Source of the DNA: Candidatus Tepidifontimicrobium thermophilum
GTDB taxonomy: Bacteria > Sysuimicrobiota > Sysuimicrobiia > Sysuimicrobiales > Sysuimicrobiaceae
Assembly: GCA_031459915.1 (NCBI GenBank)
Contig: JAVKHO010000002.1
Location: 166,693 to 199,386 of the forward strand
Direction of reading: 5' to 3'
DNA: 32,694 bases
Below are positions 28,581 to 32,694 of this stretch, piece after piece (position 1 is the stretch's first letter; each line of letters begins with the position of its first letter). The notes below the pieces were generated by a model that saw nothing but the letters and a program-made list of their open reading frames with translations, searched no databases and was not told where the DNA came from. The position numbers and the translations under genes are program-made.

Positions 28581-28605
28581 TCGAAGGACCCGCTCGACAG
28601 GACCC
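28581..28605. repeat. Short imperfect direct repeat in the icd leader
   Basis: TCGAAGGACCC (28581-28591) and TCGACAGGACCC (28594-28605). Confidence 0.5.
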
Positions 28606-28621
28606 AGGCGAGCCCACCCCA

Positions 28622-28650
28622 AGTGTACCCCGAAACCCCGGGACGGCCAA
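28622..28650 (-). promoter_or_regulatory. Sigma70-type promoter for the icd operon (TTGGCC-N17-TACACT)
   Basis: -35 at 28650-28645, an exact 17-nt spacer, -10 at 28627-28622. Confidence 0.55.
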
Positions 28651-28656
28651 CTCACC

Positions 28657-28685
28657 TTTACAGGGCCCCCCCGAACGTGTATGGT
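28657..28685 (+). promoter_or_regulatory. Sigma70-type promoter for gntR-sdhCDAB (TTTACA-N17-TATGGT)
   Basis: -35 at 28657-28662 (5/6 match), an exact 17-nt spacer, -10 at 28680-28685. Confidence 0.6.
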
Positions 28686-28689
28686 GAGG

Positions 28690-28709
28690 GTGGTCAGGCC
28701 ACTAGGCCA
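28690..28709. promoter_or_regulatory. Putative FadR-subfamily operator
   Basis: GTGGT-CAG-GCCAC is a near-palindrome one mismatch from TGGT-N3-ACCA. It is followed by a repeated AGGCCA half-site and overlaps the predicted transcription start. Confidence 0.55.
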
Positions 28710-28720
28710 TCGGGCCGCCC

Positions 28721-29419
28721 ATGGCGCACCCATCTATCTTTCAACCTGTCCGGCCCCGGCGGATCTACGAGGACATCGTCCGCCAGATCCAGGGCCTGAT
28801 CGCTGAGCGCCAGCTGCAGCCCGGAGATCGCCTGCCCTCCGAGCGGGAGCTGGCGGAGCTGCTGAGCGTGAGCCGCGCCTCGGTCCGGGAGGCCCTGCGG
28901 GTGCTCAGCGCCATGGGGCTCGTGGAAGTGCGCTCCGGCGACGGCACCTTCGTCCGGCAGGCTTCCGCCCCCGTGGACCCTGCGGTGTGGGGCCTGCTGC
29001 GGGAACGGGAGTTCCTCCTCGACCTGCTGGAAGCCCGCCGGCTGGTCGAGGAGGAGGTGGTCGCACTGGCCGTCCACCGGGCCACCCAGGACGACATCGA
29101 CCAGATGCAGGACCTGCTCAACCGCCGGGAACGGGAGCTGGCCGCGGGCAAGCACGACCTGGAGACTGACCTCCAGTTCCACCAGCTGGTGGCCGAGGCC
29201 ACCCGCAACCCCGTCCTCGTCTCCCTGGTGCGGTCCCTGTGCGAGATGTGGCTGCGCAGCCGCGAGGCCACGGGGCGGGCTCCCACGAGTCCCCACAAGG
29301 CCCAGGAGTTCCACCAGGCCATCGTGGAGGCCATCCGCATGCGCAACGAACCCCTGGCCCGCGGTGTTTTGCACCGACACATGGAGGACATGCGGGAGGA
29401 CGTGGAGCGATCCACCTGA
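28721..29419 (+). CDS. GntR-family transcriptional regulator, FadR subfamily (wHTH + FCD)
   Basis: [42 protein letters not shown] motifs [27 protein letters not shown]. Confidence 0.93.
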   Translation: MAHPSIFQPVRPRRIYEDIVRQIQGLIAERQLQPGDRLPSERELAELLSVSRASVREALRVLSAMGLVEVRSGDGTFVRQASAPVDPAVWGLLREREFLLDLLEARRLVEEEVVALAVHRATQDDIDQMQDLLNRRERELAAGKHDLETDLQFHQLVAEATRNPVLVSLVRSLCEMWLRSREATGRAPTSPHKAQEFHQAIVEAIRMRNEPLARGVLHRHMEDMREDVERST

Positions 29420-29435
29420 GCGACGAGGAGGTACC

Positions 29436-29789
29436 ATGTACCGAGGCGGGCCCGGAATGCTGGCGTGGGTGTTGCACCGCATCACCGGCGTGGCGGTGCT
29501 GGTGTTCCTGCTGCTGCACATCGTGGAGACCAGTATGCTCCTGTACGGGCCGCAGGCGTACGACCACGCCCTGGCCCTGTACAAGCAGCCGTGGTTCAAG
29601 CCCCTGGAGTTCCTCCTGGTCGCCGCGGTGGTGTACCATGCGGGCAACGGCCTCGTGGTCCTGGTCTTGGACCTGTTCCCCCGTGCCACCCGCTGGTACC
29701 GGACCCTGTTCTGGGTGGGCGCGGCGGCGTACGTGGTGGTCATGGTGCCCGTGGCGGTGATCATGCTGCGGCCCCTGTTCGCCCCCTAA
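29436..29789 (+). CDS. sdhC: Succinate dehydrogenase cytochrome b subunit
   Basis: MYRGGPGMLAWVLHRITG, LLHI, YHAGNG; three TM segments. ATG at 29436 after GAGGAGG. Confidence 0.92.
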   Translation: MYRGGPGMLAWVLHRITGVAVLVFLLLHIVETSMLLYGPQAYDHALALYKQPWFKPLEFLLVAAVVYHAGNGLVVLVLDLFPRATRWYRTLFWVGAAAYVVVMVPVAVIMLRPLFAP

Positions 29790-29805
29790 GGAGGGAGGGA
29801 GGACG

Positions 29806-30189
29806 GTGCAGGCGACGCGCGTACGGCCCAACGGATGGGAGTGGCTGTCCTGGCTGTACATGCGGGTGTCCGCGGTGTTGCTGCTGGGACTTGTGCTGGG
29901 CCACCTGTACATCATGCACGTCATCAACAGCACCGACACCATCGACTTTGCCTTCGTCGCACAGCGGTTCGCGACGCCCTTCTGGCGCGTCTACGACCTG
30001 CTCATCCTGGTCCTGGCCCTCTCCCACGGCCTGAACGGGCTGCGCGGGATCGTGAACGACTACACGCGGCCGGGCGGCGGGTGGCGCCTGGTGTGGAACG
30101 TGGGGCTGTGGACTGTGGGCCTCGTGTTCACCCTCCTGGGCGCCCTGGTGCTGTTCTCCTTCGACCCCTCCGCCTTCGCCCGGCGCTGA
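29806..30189 (+). CDS. sdhD: Succinate dehydrogenase membrane anchor subunit
   Basis: [29 protein letters not shown]; three TM segments. RBS GGAGGGAGG. Confidence 0.92.
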   Translation: MQATRVRPNGWEWLSWLYMRVSAVLLLGLVLGHLYIMHVINSTDTIDFAFVAQRFATPFWRVYDLLILVLALSHGLNGLRGIVNDYTRPGGGWRLVWNVGLWTVGLVFTLLGALVLFSFDPSAFARR

Positions 30190-30202
30190 GAGGAGCGGGA
30201 CC

Positions 30203-31927
<1,725 letters not shown>

Positions 31928-31937
31928 GGAGGAACCC

Positions 31938-32636
31938 ATGAAGGTCCACGTGCGGATCAAGCGTTTCAACCCGGAGAAGGACCGGCGGCCCTACTGGGCG
32001 GACTACGAGGTGCCCACCGACCCCTTCGACCGCGTCCTGGACGTCCTGCACTACATCAAGTGGAACCTGGACGGGACCCTGGCCCTCCGTCGCTCCTGCG
32101 CGCACGGGATCTGCGGGTCGGACGCCATGCTCATCAACGGCCGGAACCGGCTCGCCTGCAAGGTCCTCGTCAAGGATCTGGGCGACCGGATCACCGTGGA
32201 GCCCCTCCGCGGCCTGCCGGTGATCAAGGACCTGGTCGTGGACATGGAACCCTTCTTCGCCAAGTACCGGCAGGTGATGCCGTGGCTCGTGAACGACGAG
32301 CCGCCGCCCGCCCGGGAGCGGCTGCAGAGCCCGGAGGAGCGGGCCCGCATCGACGACACCACCAAGTGCATCCTGTGCGCCGTGTGCACCACCGCGTGCC
32401 CCATCTTCTGGGGCAACGGGGAGTTCCTGGGCCCCGCGGCCCTGGTGGCGGCGCACCGGTTCATCTTCGACAGCCGCGACCGGGCCGCCGCGGAGCGCCT
32501 CGCCATCCTGGCGGAGCGGAGCGGCGCGTTCAAGTGCCGGACCGTGTTCAACTGTACGGACGCGTGCCCGCAGGGGATCGAGATCACCAAGGCCATCCAG
32601 GAACTCAAGCGGGCCATCGTGTTGAGCCGGGCCTGA
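31938..32636 (+). CDS. sdhB: Succinate dehydrogenase iron-sulfur subunit
   Basis: SCAHGICGSD...LAC (2Fe-2S), CILCAVCTTACP, CRTVFNCTDACP (4Fe-4S/3Fe-4S). Confidence 0.97.
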   Translation: MKVHVRIKRFNPEKDRRPYWADYEVPTDPFDRVLDVLHYIKWNLDGTLALRRSCAHGICGSDAMLINGRNRLACKVLVKDLGDRITVEPLRGLPVIKDLVVDMEPFFAKYRQVMPWLVNDEPPPARERLQSPEERARIDDTTKCILCAVCTTACPIFWGNGEFLGPAALVAAHRFIFDSRDRAAAERLAILAERSGAFKCRTVFNCTDACPQGIEITKAIQELKRAIVLSRA

Positions 32637-32642
32637 CGCGAA

Positions 32643-32670
32643 GCGGGGGAGGGCCGCCGCCCTCCCCCGC
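32643..32670 (+). terminator. Perfect 12-bp hairpin after sdhB
   Basis: GCGGGGGAGGGC-cgcc-GCCCTCCCCCGC, starting 7 nt after the stop. No poly-U tail. Confidence 0.65.
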
Positions 32671-32694
32671 CCCCTGGCGGCTGACGTCCGGGCC

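Overview
A very GC-rich bacterial chromosome segment made up almost entirely of housekeeping and accessory metabolism. I found no mobile elements, CRISPR arrays, rRNA or tRNA. From right to left it holds: (i) a divergent TCA-cycle locus, with a FadR-subfamily GntR regulator leading sdhCDAB on + and icd-mdh-sucC-(HIT pseudogene)-sucD-yvlD-like-rapZ-yvcK on -; (ii) a DUF1445/YcsI (D-glutamate cyclase-like) gene heading a Liv-type ABC importer with a Tat-exported binding protein and a LivM-LivG fusion; (iii) an aldo/keto reductase divergent from an atypical stand-alone receiver domain, hyi, a tartronate-semialdehyde-reductase-like gene and glnA; (iv) an orphan solute-binding protein and a CoxD/CoxE/XdhC/MocA molybdo-hydroxylase maturation cassette; (v) a small secreted Spy/CpxP-like gene; (vi) glutamate dehydrogenase followed by another Liv-type ABC importer that runs off the left edge. 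The most interesting signals are the FadR-type TCA switch (back-to-back promoters and an operator-like palindrome), the phosphomimetic-looking pseudo-receiver, the DUF1445 plus ABC module, and a doubly frameshifted HIT pseudogene between sucC and sucD. All family assignments come from motifs recognised by eye; no database searches were run.
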